Assembly (NCBI GenBank): GCA_965262115.1
Contig: OZ253496.1
Location: 2,432,001-2,496,000, forward strand
Direction: 5' to 3'
Length of the DNA stretch: 64,000 nt
From: Nitrospinales bacterium
GTDB lineage: Bacteria; Nitrospinota; Nitrospinia; Nitrospinales; VA-1
Shown: piece after piece, positions 11,076 to 20,249 of the stretch
How positions within the stretch are numbered: the first letter of the stretch is position 1
Layout of the letters: every line of letters starts with the position of its first letter
The notes under the pieces: model-generated
Seen by the model: only the letters and a program-made list of their open reading frames with translations
Databases searched by the model: none
What the model was told of the DNA's origin: nothing
Translations under genes and position numbers: made by a program

Positions 11076-11207
11076 TTTTCACCGGAGTGTGGGATTCTTC
11101 TTGTTGATTAACGGGCGGAGCATAACCCTTTCGGATGGTAGCAAAAGGCCCATTTTATGTCAAAATATTAGTCGCCTGTTGTTGTACCGTTCTGCTAAGA
11201 TTGACTC

Positions 11208-12065
11208 ATGAAACCTTATGTGTTGTTATTTATAGGTTTGCTGTTGGTCGGGTGTTCTCCCAGCCGCATGGCGCTTGAGGCCACATTGCCCCTTGTAGAG
11301 AGCCAGATTCTGGCCATGCAGGAGGAAAGGGACCCGGAACTTGCCGAACAGGCCATCCCGGCTAACTTGAAAATCCTCGAAGGACTCCTCAAACAGGACC
11401 CCGATAATACCTGGATACTGGAAAACCTCGCTGAAGGTTTTTGCGGTTACGCCTTCAGCTTTTTGGAAGATACAGAACCGGCACGCGCCTCTTCCTTATA
11501 TGAAAGGGGTAAGGATTATGCCCTGCGCGCGACTATTCTGAGGACAGGAAGGGAAAAATGGCAAGGCCTTTCTTTGGATGAGTGGTCCCGCGCGCTTAAT
11601 GAAGTGGATGTTTCACATCAGTCGGCTTTGTTCTGGATGGGACAATGCTGGGGAAGCTGGTTGATGCAGAATTTGGACTCGGTCGAGGCTTTTGCCGACA
11701 TTCCCCGTTTGGAAAACCTGATGGTGAAAGTCCATGATTTGGACCCCGCTTTTCATCACGCCGGACCACATTTGTTTCTCGGTGCTTTTTATGGTGGGCG
11801 GAGTAAAATGCTCGGTGGCAATCCAGAGAAATCCCGTCACCATTTTGAAAAGGCGCTGGAGTTAACCAACGACAAATATTTACTGGTGCGTTTGTTTTTT
11901 GCCAAAACCTATGCGGTGCAGAATCAGGATCGGAAATTGTTTGAATCGCAATTGCAGGCTGTTTTGCAGGCTCCCGTCGATCTTTTTCCCGAGCAGCGTC
12001 TCGCCAATCAAGTGGCCCGCCAAAAGGCCACTAAACTCTTAGGGCAAATTGATGAACTATTTTAA
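11208..12065 (+). CDS. TRAP transporter TatT-family lipoprotein
   Basis: Lipobox LLVGC, EQAIPANLKILEGLL, LGGNPEKSRHHFEKA, directly upstream of DctP. Confidence 0.85.
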   Translation: MKPYVLLFIGLLLVGCSPSRMALEATLPLVESQILAMQEERDPELAEQAIPANLKILEGLLKQDPDNTWILENLAEGFCGYAFSFLEDTEPARASSLYERGKDYALRATILRTGREKWQGLSLDEWSRALNEVDVSHQSALFWMGQCWGSWLMQNLDSVEAFADIPRLENLMVKVHDLDPAFHHAGPHLFLGAFYGGRSKMLGGNPEKSRHHFEKALELTNDKYLLVRLFFAKTYAVQNQDRKLFESQLQAVLQAPVDLFPEQRLANQVARQKATKLLGQIDELF

Positions 12066-13275
12066 GAGGGTCTTTATATATTCGGTGACTTTCTCTAAGG
12101 CAACTCGCAGGCCCTTATTTTATAAGGGCTGCTTACCACAGGGGTCAATAGCAAGGGCGAATAGAGTCGAGATAACCCACTGGTCGCCAGCAGAGTTATT
12201 GCCCGTTGCCTCCCCTGCAAGGGGCTCATGGCCAGAAGCAATTTTTAGAGGTGCCCTTAACTCCACCACCTGCGCCCTGATTGTGCTGTTGTTGACCGTT
12301 GCCGGGGCGAGCCCGGCCGAAGCCGATAAAAAACATATCATCAAGTTTGCCACGCTGGCTCCCGAAGGCTCTTCGTGGATGAAGTCCATGCGCAGGCTTT
12401 CTGACAAAATCAAAAAAGCCACCGACGGCAATGTGGCGTTTCGGTTCTATCCCGGCGGTGTGTCTGGCGATGAAAAGGACGTGATTCGTAAAATGAGGAT
12501 AGGTCAGTTGCACGGTGCTGGCTTTACCGGAGTAGGGCTTGGAGAGATTTTGCCGGAGGTGAGGGTTCTCGATCTTCCTTTCCTGTTCGATAACGATGAA
12601 GAAATCCAGTACGTATACAGCAAAATGAATGCCTACTTTAAAGGTCGGTATGAAGAGAAGGGCTATGTGTTGTTGGGTTGGGTCCCGGTAGGGTGGGTGC
12701 ATTTTTTTTCCCAGAAACCCATTCGTTCGGTGGATGATCTGCGTCAATCCAAACCCTGGATGTGGGAGGGCGATCCGCTGGTGGAACAGGCTTATAGAGG
12801 ACTGGGCGTCCAACCGATTCCCCTTTCCATCACGGATGTCATGCTCTCTTTGCAAACGGGCATGGTGAATACAGTTTATTCGTCAACGCAAGGGGCTTTG
12901 GCTTTGCAATGGTTCACCAAAGTGAAGTATGTTACGCGATTGAAGATGGGCTACGCGACCGGCGGAGTTTTGATCTCTAAAAAGAAATTCGATAAGCTAC
13001 CCAGGCCTTATCAGGAAGCGGTGAAAAAAATCGGTGCCGAGTGCCTGCAGGAACTGGTCGAACTCATCCAGAAGGACAACCTGAAAGCACACAAGGTTCT
13101 AGAGAAGAACGATGTGAAATGGGTGGCGCTTCCCGATGAAAAGGAAATGGGCCGGTTTCAGGAAGCAGGGGTTGCGGCACGAAAAAACCTGGCGGGAAAA
13201 TATTTCCCCTCCAAACTCCTCGATGAGGTTCTCGGCCACCTCAAAGATTTCCGGGCAACGCCCGGTGGTAAATAG
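12052..13275 (+). CDS. dctP: TRAP substrate-binding protein DctP (TatP-like) with an in-frame 65-codon insertion near the N-terminus
   Basis: IKFATLAPEGSSW, GDEKDVIRKMRIGQLHG, LSLQTGMV. Confidence 0.88.
   Translation: MNYFKRVFIYSVTFSKATRRPLFYKGCLPQGSIARANRVEITHWSPAELLPVASPARGSWPEAIFRGALNSTTCALIVLLLTVAGASPAEADKKHIIKFATLAPEGSSWMKSMRRLSDKIKKATDGNVAFRFYPGGVSGDEKDVIRKMRIGQLHGAGFTGVGLGEILPEVRVLDLPFLFDNDEEIQYVYSKMNAYFKGRYEEKGYVLLGWVPVGWVHFFSQKPIRSVDDLRQSKPWMWEGDPLVEQAYRGLGVQPIPLSITDVMLSLQTGMVNTVYSSTQGALALQWFTKVKYVTRLKMGYATGGVLISKKKFDKLPRPYQEAVKKIGAECLQELVELIQKDNLKAHKVLEKNDVKWVALPDEKEMGRFQEAGVAARKNLAGKYFPSKLLDEVLGHLKDFRATPGGK
12066..12256. mobile_element. 191-bp MITE-like insertion flanked by TTAA duplication
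   Basis: TTAA at 12062-12065 and 12257-12260. Imperfect TIRs (GAGGGTCTTTATATATT vs GGGCACCTCTAAAAATT). Contains one ~96-bp family unit. Confidence 0.7.
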
Positions 13276-13289
13276 CCATCACGTTCTCT

Positions 13290-13395
13290 TGCGAATGGTG
13301 GTTATCTGGGTTTAAGAGGAGCTTGGTTGAACCGAGACAGCTTTTAGCTAGCCAGTGAAACATTGCTAGTTACCCGCCGAAGTACTTGGCTAGCG
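13290..13395. repeat. Dispersed ~96-100 bp hairpin repeat family member between convergent dctP and PPIase genes
   Basis: Shares the ccgagacagct...gctagcca...attgc core with the 34595 array and the 36139 copy. Confidence 0.6.
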
Positions 13396-14415
13396 GAAGA
13401 AGGTTTCGATTTTTGCCTGTTTTCTCAGGTCTTCGATATAGACTTCCACCAGTTTTTTGGCTTCTTCCATGAACAGATATTTTTGGATGGTTTTTTCCAT
13501 TTCATCGAAAGGTGCCTGTTCAGAGGGGTATTTTTCAATGAGCTTGATGACGTGGAACCCGAACTGGGTTTCTACTTTTCCACTGATTTCACCAGGATTT
13601 AATTTTGAGACGGCTTCGTCAAAAGACGGATCAAAAATCCCTTTATAAATAACGTCCAGATCTCCCCCGCTTTCCCGGCTGGCTTCGTCGTCCGATTTTT
13701 TCTTTGCCAGTTCCTCAAAGTCCGCGCCTTCTTTAAGCTCTTTATGAATTTCGTCTATCCTTGCTTCCGCCTTTCGGGTCAGTTCTTGCTTTTTATTTTG
13801 CAGTTCCGCGACAGGGGTGGACTTCAATAGTTCTGGAGGGAAGATCGCAGCAAGAATGTGGTGAGCGCGATAAGATTCGGGGCGGTGGAATTTTTGCTTG
13901 TTGTCTTCATAGTATTTTTTAACGTCCGCGTCTGCAATGGTGATCTTGCCTTTGATTTGCTCGTTCAATAACTTCCGGGCATTGATATCCACGGTCATGG
14001 AATGTTTGAGATCCTCCAGAATGATGTTTCTTGCGCCCAGGGCTTTTTCAAATTCTTCATCGCTGGCATAAGGTTCGCGAAGGGCTGCCATCTCTTTTTC
14101 GATCAGGTCGGAGTCCACTTCCAGATTCTTTTTTTTGCCCTGTTGGTGGACCAGTTCCCGCACCACTTCTTTTTCTATCAGGTCTTTCACGATACTGGTT
14201 TTTTCGCGGGGGGTCAGCGGCCGTTTGACGTTTTTCAAAATTTGATTCAACCGGAACTCAATATATTTTGATTGGATTTCCACTGCATTGACCTTTGCCA
14301 CTATTTTGGGAATATTCAGCCTTTGTGGAGAAGATTGTGCGAACGCTTTTTCTGCCATCGGAAAAATAAAAGTGAATAGGGATAAGACAACTAAAAGGTA
14401 GAATCTGTTTTTCAT
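13390..14415 (-). CDS. Parvulin-type peptidyl-prolyl isomerase (SurA/PrsA-like)
   Basis: Signal peptide, RAHHIL, FEELAKKKSDD, GGDL, VETQFGFHVIK. Confidence 0.9.
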   Translation of the reverse strand: MKNRFYLLVVLSLFTFIFPMAEKAFAQSSPQRLNIPKIVAKVNAVEIQSKYIEFRLNQILKNVKRPLTPREKTSIVKDLIEKEVVRELVHQQGKKKNLEVDSDLIEKEMAALREPYASDEEFEKALGARNIILEDLKHSMTVDINARKLLNEQIKGKITIADADVKKYYEDNKQKFHRPESYRAHHILAAIFPPELLKSTPVAELQNKKQELTRKAEARIDEIHKELKEGADFEELAKKKSDDEASRESGGDLDVIYKGIFDPSFDEAVSKLNPGEISGKVETQFGFHVIKLIEKYPSEQAPFDEMEKTIQKYLFMEEAKKLVEVYIEDLRKQAKIETFFR

Positions 14416-14450
14416 GGTTTCGTCAAAGGGTAAAAGGTGTAATTGGAACA

Positions 14451-14598
14451 GGGCAATAGCTGGTTGAGTTGCTAAAATTACTGGCTTGCCAGAGAAAGTG
14501 AGTGCTCAGTTTACCCCTACGGGGCATGAAATTAATGATGGAGATATCACAGCCTCCGCGTGTGAAATTCTTACTTAATTTTTATACCCCGTAGGGGT
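14451..14598. repeat. Degenerate hairpin-family unit followed by two inward-facing TACCCCTACGGGG...ATATCAC modules
   Basis: ggcaat-N30-gccagaga spacing equals that at 34505. tacccctacggggcatgaa at ~14512 and its inverse at ~14585. Confidence 0.55.
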
Positions 14599-14685
14599 AG
14601 TAGTGGGCCGGGGATTGAGAGGAGAATAACACTCATGAAATCATGTTGCAATACCTGTCCCTTAAATTGACGGATCGGTGAGGCT

Positions 14686-17337
14686 GTGGGAAAATCGCCC
14701 CTTCTTATGACGACGCACCCTGCATTCAGAGTTTCATGGATTGCCTATGCCTGCCTTTTTGCTTCGGGGGCTGCCAGCCTGGTTTATGAGTTGATATGGT
14801 TTCGGCATTTGACTCTGGTTTTCGGTGCCAGTTTGTATGCGCTGAGTGCGGTGTTGTGCGCGTTCATGATGGGGCTTGCTGGCGGAGCCTGGGCCATGGG
14901 CCAGGTGCTGACTCGTGCCGACATGGAACCGGGAAAACTGATCCGCATTTATGGACTGCTCGAAGGCTTGATCGGACTTTATGCCCTGTGTTTTCCTTTT
15001 GGACTGGAGCTTCTGGAAAAACTGTATCCCTTGATTTTGCCCGCAAGCGGACAGGTCGGCTTGACCGTGCACCTGCTTGAGTTTTTTGTAAGCACGCTCC
15101 TGATGTTTCCCGCAACTTTATTGATGGGGGCCACCTTGCCGCTGGTAGGGTGCTGGGCTACCGGCAATCAGACCGAGAAGGTTTTTACTCAGGTTTCCTT
15201 ATTATATGGGGTCAATACCTTCGGCGCGGTTTTTGGTTGTTTGTTCACCCAGTTTTTTGCCATTCGACTCTGGGGGGTCCAGGGGGCGACAGTATTCGCA
15301 ATAGGTCTCAATGCGGTGGTTTTTATATTGTGTTATGGCAGGCCACGGATTTTTTATTCTGTGGAATCCAGCCAGACTGAAATCAAAAAACATAAAAAGA
15401 AAAAGGAGTCGGATACGGAAGTCTCGCCTGCCATTGGCATTCTGGTTTTTATCATGTTTGCCTATTCCGGGCTGGCTTCCTTATCTAGTGAGATTTTATG
15501 GACGCGGATCCTTGTTTTTCTGATGGGCAGTACTCTGTATTCGTTCGCGCTCATTCTGGCCACATTTTTGCTGGGAATCGCGTTGGGGAGTCTGACCGCC
15601 AACAAACTTTTGGGGAGGTCGCACCGGGTACTAAAGTTTATTGGCATAGAGATTGCGATTGGTGTTTTTTGCATCGCCATTCTTCCTGTGCTGGCAAATC
15701 TGACGGAATGGACCTCGCTAGCGGATCGCCATTTTTATAGTCTGGATAGCTCTCCCGAGAAAATCATTTTGATCCGATCCTTATTTGCCTTTGCGCTGAT
15801 GTTCCTTCCCACTTTTGGATTTGGCCTGCTTTTTCCTTTAGCCAACCATATTCATTCTTATCGATTCGAAGGGGTTGGGAGAATTCTCGGAAACACCTAT
15901 TCCATCAATACGGTGGGCGCGGTATTGGGAACCATCCTGACACCCTTTGTGTTTATACCGTTCTGGGGAATCCGTTTGTCGCTGTATGGAATTTATGCGG
16001 TATTGATCCTGTTCGGGGTTTACGTCCTGGTAAGAGTTCGCGAGTTCAGGCCAGCGTCTACGGTGATGACGTTGGCTGCGGTGTTTTTTTTCCTGGTACT
16101 GGGAAAAGGGTATTGGGTGCCGAACATAGAGACCCAAAAAGCCGGACAGGGCAACTTTGCCCGTCTGGAAATCAATGTTCCTGCGGACCGGATAAGCCTG
16201 CTGGATTACAAAGAGGGCGAATATTCCACCATCAGCGTTGTGGAGGATAAAGAAAGCCGGGCGCGCACGATTTATCTCGATGGATTCAGCACCGCCACAG
16301 TGTCCAGTTCGTTTTCCGGCAGCACTTATATGCAGGCCATGGGGTTTGTGCCGATGGCGTTACACCCCTCGCCGAAACGCGTTCTGGTGATTGGGTTTGG
16401 TACCGGCAACACCATGGGAACGGCGTCCCTGTTTCCGGGTGCGGAGGTGCATGGCATCGAAATTGATAAAAATGTCCTGGAGTTTTCCAAATGGTTTTCC
16501 CAGTGGAATCACGATGTCTTAAATCGGGCCAATACGAAAATGTATATTCAGGATGGCAGAACCTTTTTGAAATGGTCGAAGTCCGCTTACGATGTCATCA
16601 TTATGGAACCCATGTCTCCGTTGCAGGCCGGAGTGGTGAATCTTTATTCCAAAGAATTTTATGAGTTGGCTTTAAGTCGTTTAAAGGAAGACGGCTTGCT
16701 GGTGCAATGGTTGCCCTTGCATTTGGTAGGTCCGGAAGATGCCCGATCCATCACCCATACGTTTCGTGAAGTCTTCCCGGAGTTTTCGGTGTGGAACAGT
16801 TTTCTCACGCGGATTGTTATGCTGGTAGGAAGTCGCAACCCGGTAGCACTGGATAAAAATCATTTCGAAACGCTCATGGGCAATGCGAAAATAAAAGAGA
16901 TCGCCGAGGAAATGAAGGTGAACTCTTTTCTGGATTTTGCGGATTTTTATATTGCCGATGGAAAACGCCTCTCTCCCTTTCTGGAAGGAGCGGGTGAGAT
17001 CACCGATGACTCGCCCCTGCTGGAGTTTTCTTCTGTTTCGCTCCTGCCTCCGTTACAATGGGAGACCGATCAAAGTTTTTTGAACCTCCTGCGTTATCGG
17101 CTGGATCAGGTGCCCGAAGTCAAAGGAATGCCGGTTGGGGAGCAGGAGATTTTTAAACAGGAATATGCTATTCGAACGGCGCAGAGATTCGGCCTGTTTG
17201 CGCGTCGTTATCATGGGCCGGGAGAAAACCTTTTTGCCTCTGGGAATTATTTTGCCGGACTGGAAGCACTGAGGAATTATTTTGAATCGCAACAAACTCG
17301 GCAAGTTCATTTGCGCGATGCGAAGTGGAAGGACTGA
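14686..17337 (+). CDS. Fused MFS-like membrane domain / spermidine synthase-like protein
   Basis: Two SG..SL.YE..W.R membrane repeats, then VLVIGFGTG, IEID, QDGR, YDVIIME. Confidence 0.85.
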   Translation: MGKSPLLMTTHPAFRVSWIAYACLFASGAASLVYELIWFRHLTLVFGASLYALSAVLCAFMMGLAGGAWAMGQVLTRADMEPGKLIRIYGLLEGLIGLYALCFPFGLELLEKLYPLILPASGQVGLTVHLLEFFVSTLLMFPATLLMGATLPLVGCWATGNQTEKVFTQVSLLYGVNTFGAVFGCLFTQFFAIRLWGVQGATVFAIGLNAVVFILCYGRPRIFYSVESSQTEIKKHKKKKESDTEVSPAIGILVFIMFAYSGLASLSSEILWTRILVFLMGSTLYSFALILATFLLGIALGSLTANKLLGRSHRVLKFIGIEIAIGVFCIAILPVLANLTEWTSLADRHFYSLDSSPEKIILIRSLFAFALMFLPTFGFGLLFPLANHIHSYRFEGVGRILGNTYSINTVGAVLGTILTPFVFIPFWGIRLSLYGIYAVLILFGVYVLVRVREFRPASTVMTLAAVFFFLVLGKGYWVPNIETQKAGQGNFARLEINVPADRISLLDYKEGEYSTISVVEDKESRARTIYLDGFSTATVSSSFSGSTYMQAMGFVPMALHPSPKRVLVIGFGTGNTMGTASLFPGAEVHGIEIDKNVLEFSKWFSQWNHDVLNRANTKMYIQDGRTFLKWSKSAYDVIIMEPMSPLQAGVVNLYSKEFYELALSRLKEDGLLVQWLPLHLVGPEDARSITHTFREVFPEFSVWNSFLTRIVMLVGSRNPVALDKNHFETLMGNAKIKEIAEEMKVNSFLDFADFYIADGKRLSPFLEGAGEITDDSPLLEFSSVSLLPPLQWETDQSFLNLLRYRLDQVPEVKGMPVGEQEIFKQEYAIRTAQRFGLFARRYHGPGENLFASGNYFAGLEALRNYFESQQTRQVHLRDAKWKD

Positions 17338-17345
17338 GGTGAAGC

Positions 17346-17714
17346 ATGAAATTTAACCATTACGATAAATTATTGATCGTCCTGTTGGTTTTTTTTAACG
17401 CCGGTCTTTTTTATTATTTCGGCAGCGGATTCAACCGTGGCGACTGGGTTGTTATTGAAGTGGACGCAAAAAGGGTGGCTCGTTTTCCGCTCATGACAGA
17501 CCATGTTGCTCATGTGCAAGGTCCTTTAGGAACCACAGAGGTGGAAATCAAAAAGGGCAGGGCGAGAATCGTCCGCTCCCCCTGCAAACTCAAGGTCTGC
17601 ATCAAGTCGGGTTACATTCAGTATGCCGACCGTCTCTCAGCCTGCCTGCCAAACAAGGTGGTGGTGAGGATTGAAGGGGAATCCCAACGCGGCCTCGACG
17701 CGGTTGTGGGATGA
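17346..17714 (+). CDS. NusG domain II-containing protein
   Basis: N-terminal TM, SPC..KVC...G.I, CLPNKV.V.I motif. Confidence 0.8.
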   Translation: MKFNHYDKLLIVLLVFFNAGLFYYFGSGFNRGDWVVIEVDAKRVARFPLMTDHVAHVQGPLGTTEVEIKKGRARIVRSPCKLKVCIKSGYIQYADRLSACLPNKVVVRIEGESQRGLDAVVG

Positions 17715-17744
17715 ATTTTTCAACGTAGCTTTTAGAAATCGGAT

Positions 17745-19880
17745 ATGAAAAATCAATCTATTCGTCATCGCGAGCGACGGAAAGGAGCGTGGCGATCCAG
17801 TCTTTCTGGGTTGTTTCGTCGCAGTTGGCTCCTCGCAATGACGAATGTGCTGTTGATGATTACGAATCCAGTTGCAGCCTGGTCTTTTTCCCCGATCCAC
17901 CACCAGTTACAAATTGAACTGGAACCCTCAACCCACTTTGCCAGAGTCGAAGACATGGTTCATTTTAAAAATTCGCAGGGGAATTGTGGGCCTTTTTACC
18001 TTCATGCTGACCTGAAACTGAACCCGGTTCCGGTGGGCTGGCAGGTGGAAACCTCGTCAGGACTCCTTAAGATAGAGTTTATCAGGAGCAGTTCCACAAC
18101 CTGCCCTGAAACAGTGACGTTGAATTATTTCGGTATTCTTCACGACCCTTCTCTGGATCCTGATGACCCCACAGATTCCAGTGGCTTCTTTTTTTCCGGC
18201 GAGAGTTATTTTTATCCGCAGTCCAAGGAAAATCTCGTCACATTTGAAATACGGGTTTCCCTTCCCGAGCCATGGCAAGCAGTGAGTCAGGGGAAACGCC
18301 TCGGCGATCAGCTTTCCGGAAAAAGGCGGATTGTGTCCTGGAAGTCTTCCAACCCTTCGGAAGAAATTTATTTGATTGGCAACAAGTTCCATATTTATGA
18401 AGCGGAGCATAATGGACTCAATCTGTATGCATATTTATTGCGAAAGGAAGATGAATTGGCGGATCGTTACCTTGAAACCGCTAAAGGCTACATCGATTTT
18501 TATTCCAAACTGATCGGACCGTACCCGTATGAAAAGTTTGCCCTGGTGGAAAACTCCCTACAGACCGGCTATGGCATGCCTTCTTTCACCTTGATGGGAT
18601 CGAGGATCATCCGCTTCCCGTTTATTCTGCACAGTTCTTATCCGCACGAAATTCTGCATAACTGGTGGGGCAACGGCGTATTTCCTGAACTTAAGCAGGG
18701 CAACTGGTCGGAGGGGTTGACCGCTTATCTCGCCGATCATCTTCTTCTGGAGTTGAAAGGAAAGGGTGTCCAATACCGGTTTCAGGAAATGATAAAATTC
18801 CTGAACTATGTCAATGAAGAGAATGATTTTCCCCTGAGTGAATTTGGCTATCGGGACAGCATGGCTTCCCAAGCTATTGGCTATGCCAAGCTTCTGATGG
18901 TGTTTCATATGTTGCGCACAGAAATTGGTGATGAAAATTTTTTAAAAGGTTTCCAGAAATTTTATGTTACCTACAAGTATCGCCATGCGGGTTATGAGGA
19001 AATGCGTAAAAATTTTGAGGAGGTGTCAGGCCAAAGCTTGAATGGATTCTTTGAGCAATGGGTTCATCGAAAAGGAGCGCCGGCAATTAGCTTGCAGCAG
19101 GCGTCCTATGTTTCCGATAAGGGTCGGCATGATCTTAAATTGACGGTGGAGCAATCCAATCCGGCTTTTAAGCTGAAACTTCCCGTGGCCATCTGGACCA
19201 GTGGCGCAGAAGTTGCCGAGATTCATTACGTAGAACTTGTCGCAGACAAGCAGGGTTTTGATTTCCAGTTATCGGAAGAGCCGGTTGCGGTTCGGTTGGA
19301 CCCTTATAACGATGTGTTTCGTCGGCTGGGGGCTGAGGAAGCCCCTGCCAGCCTTGGGCAGACTTACGGAGCCCAAACCGTGACGGCACTCCTGCCGGAA
19401 AAGCCCGGTTATCAAAAGTTTGCGCAGTCGGTCGTAAAACGGATTTTCACCGGTGATGAAAACGCCCCTGAAGGCAGTTTATGGGTTTTCGGGCGGGATC
19501 ACCCAATGAGAAAAGCATTCGTCGAACAACTGAAGAAGTCCGGTGTTGTAGTGACTGAAATGGGAATTCAAATTCATGACAAGTCCTATCCATGGGACGA
19601 CCACAGCTTTGTCTTCACTTTACCCAGAACAGATCAGAAAAAAGTAACGATGACCTGGGTTATTGCCGATAATGCTAAAAGCATTCCCGGCTTGATTCGC
19701 AAATTGCCGCATTACGGTAAATACGGATATCTGGTGTTTGAGGGATCGGCGCCTGACAACCGCGATAAAGGCATTTGGCGTTCCAATCCGGTCGGGCTGC
19801 AAAAAGTTTTTAAGGACGGGCAAGCGCGTCTTTTGCCAGAGCAAAAGGCTTTAGTTAAATTCAAACCATTCCCAAAATAG
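17745..19880 (+). CDS. Peptidase M1 family aminopeptidase
   Basis: GYGMP, HEILHNWWGN, WSEGLTAY zinc-binding motifs. Confidence 0.88.
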   Translation: MKNQSIRHRERRKGAWRSSLSGLFRRSWLLAMTNVLLMITNPVAAWSFSPIHHQLQIELEPSTHFARVEDMVHFKNSQGNCGPFYLHADLKLNPVPVGWQVETSSGLLKIEFIRSSSTTCPETVTLNYFGILHDPSLDPDDPTDSSGFFFSGESYFYPQSKENLVTFEIRVSLPEPWQAVSQGKRLGDQLSGKRRIVSWKSSNPSEEIYLIGNKFHIYEAEHNGLNLYAYLLRKEDELADRYLETAKGYIDFYSKLIGPYPYEKFALVENSLQTGYGMPSFTLMGSRIIRFPFILHSSYPHEILHNWWGNGVFPELKQGNWSEGLTAYLADHLLLELKGKGVQYRFQEMIKFLNYVNEENDFPLSEFGYRDSMASQAIGYAKLLMVFHMLRTEIGDENFLKGFQKFYVTYKYRHAGYEEMRKNFEEVSGQSLNGFFEQWVHRKGAPAISLQQASYVSDKGRHDLKLTVEQSNPAFKLKLPVAIWTSGAEVAEIHYVELVADKQGFDFQLSEEPVAVRLDPYNDVFRRLGAEEAPASLGQTYGAQTVTALLPEKPGYQKFAQSVVKRIFTGDENAPEGSLWVFGRDHPMRKAFVEQLKKSGVVVTEMGIQIHDKSYPWDDHSFVFTLPRTDQKKVTMTWVIADNAKSIPGLIRKLPHYGKYGYLVFEGSAPDNRDKGIWRSNPVGLQKVFKDGQARLLPEQKALVKFKPFPK
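17760..17846. repeat. REP-like palindrome (ATTCGTCATCGCGAG...CTCGCAATGACGAAT) inside the 5' end of the M1 peptidase ORF
   Basis: 15-bp terminal inverted repeat with one mismatch. Confidence 0.75.
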
Positions 19881-19941
19881 TAAGCCCACCCTATAGTAAA
19901 GACTATAATGGAGGAGTGCAAATTTTAAACAGGAGGGTATC

Positions 19942-20247
19942 ATGGCGAGATTAACTCGATTTAGTATATTTGCAATATTGTTGTTTTGTTTTCTTTCTGG
20001 AGGCATTGCCACAGCGGGAGATGCGGTTTCATTTTCCGGGGTCGTCAAAAAAGTGATTGCGGATAAAAACAAGGTGGGGATTAAAGACCCTGAAACTAAA
20101 AAACTGTTCACCGTGATCGTGAACGAAGAAACAAAACCGGATGGTCTTAAAACTTTAGCCAGCTTGAAAAAGAAAGATAAGGTCGAAGGCAAATATACCG
20201 TGACCGATGCCGGACTCTATATTGCTCTGGAACTGGTGAAAAAATAG
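19942..20247 (+). CDS. Small exported hypothetical protein
   Basis: AGGAGG RBS, signal peptide, beta-rich Lys-rich body. Confidence 0.7.
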   Translation: MARLTRFSIFAILLFCFLSGGIATAGDAVSFSGVVKKVIADKNKVGIKDPETKKLFTVIVNEETKPDGLKTLASLKKKDKVEGKYTVTDAGLYIALELVKK

Positions 20248-20249
20248 GT

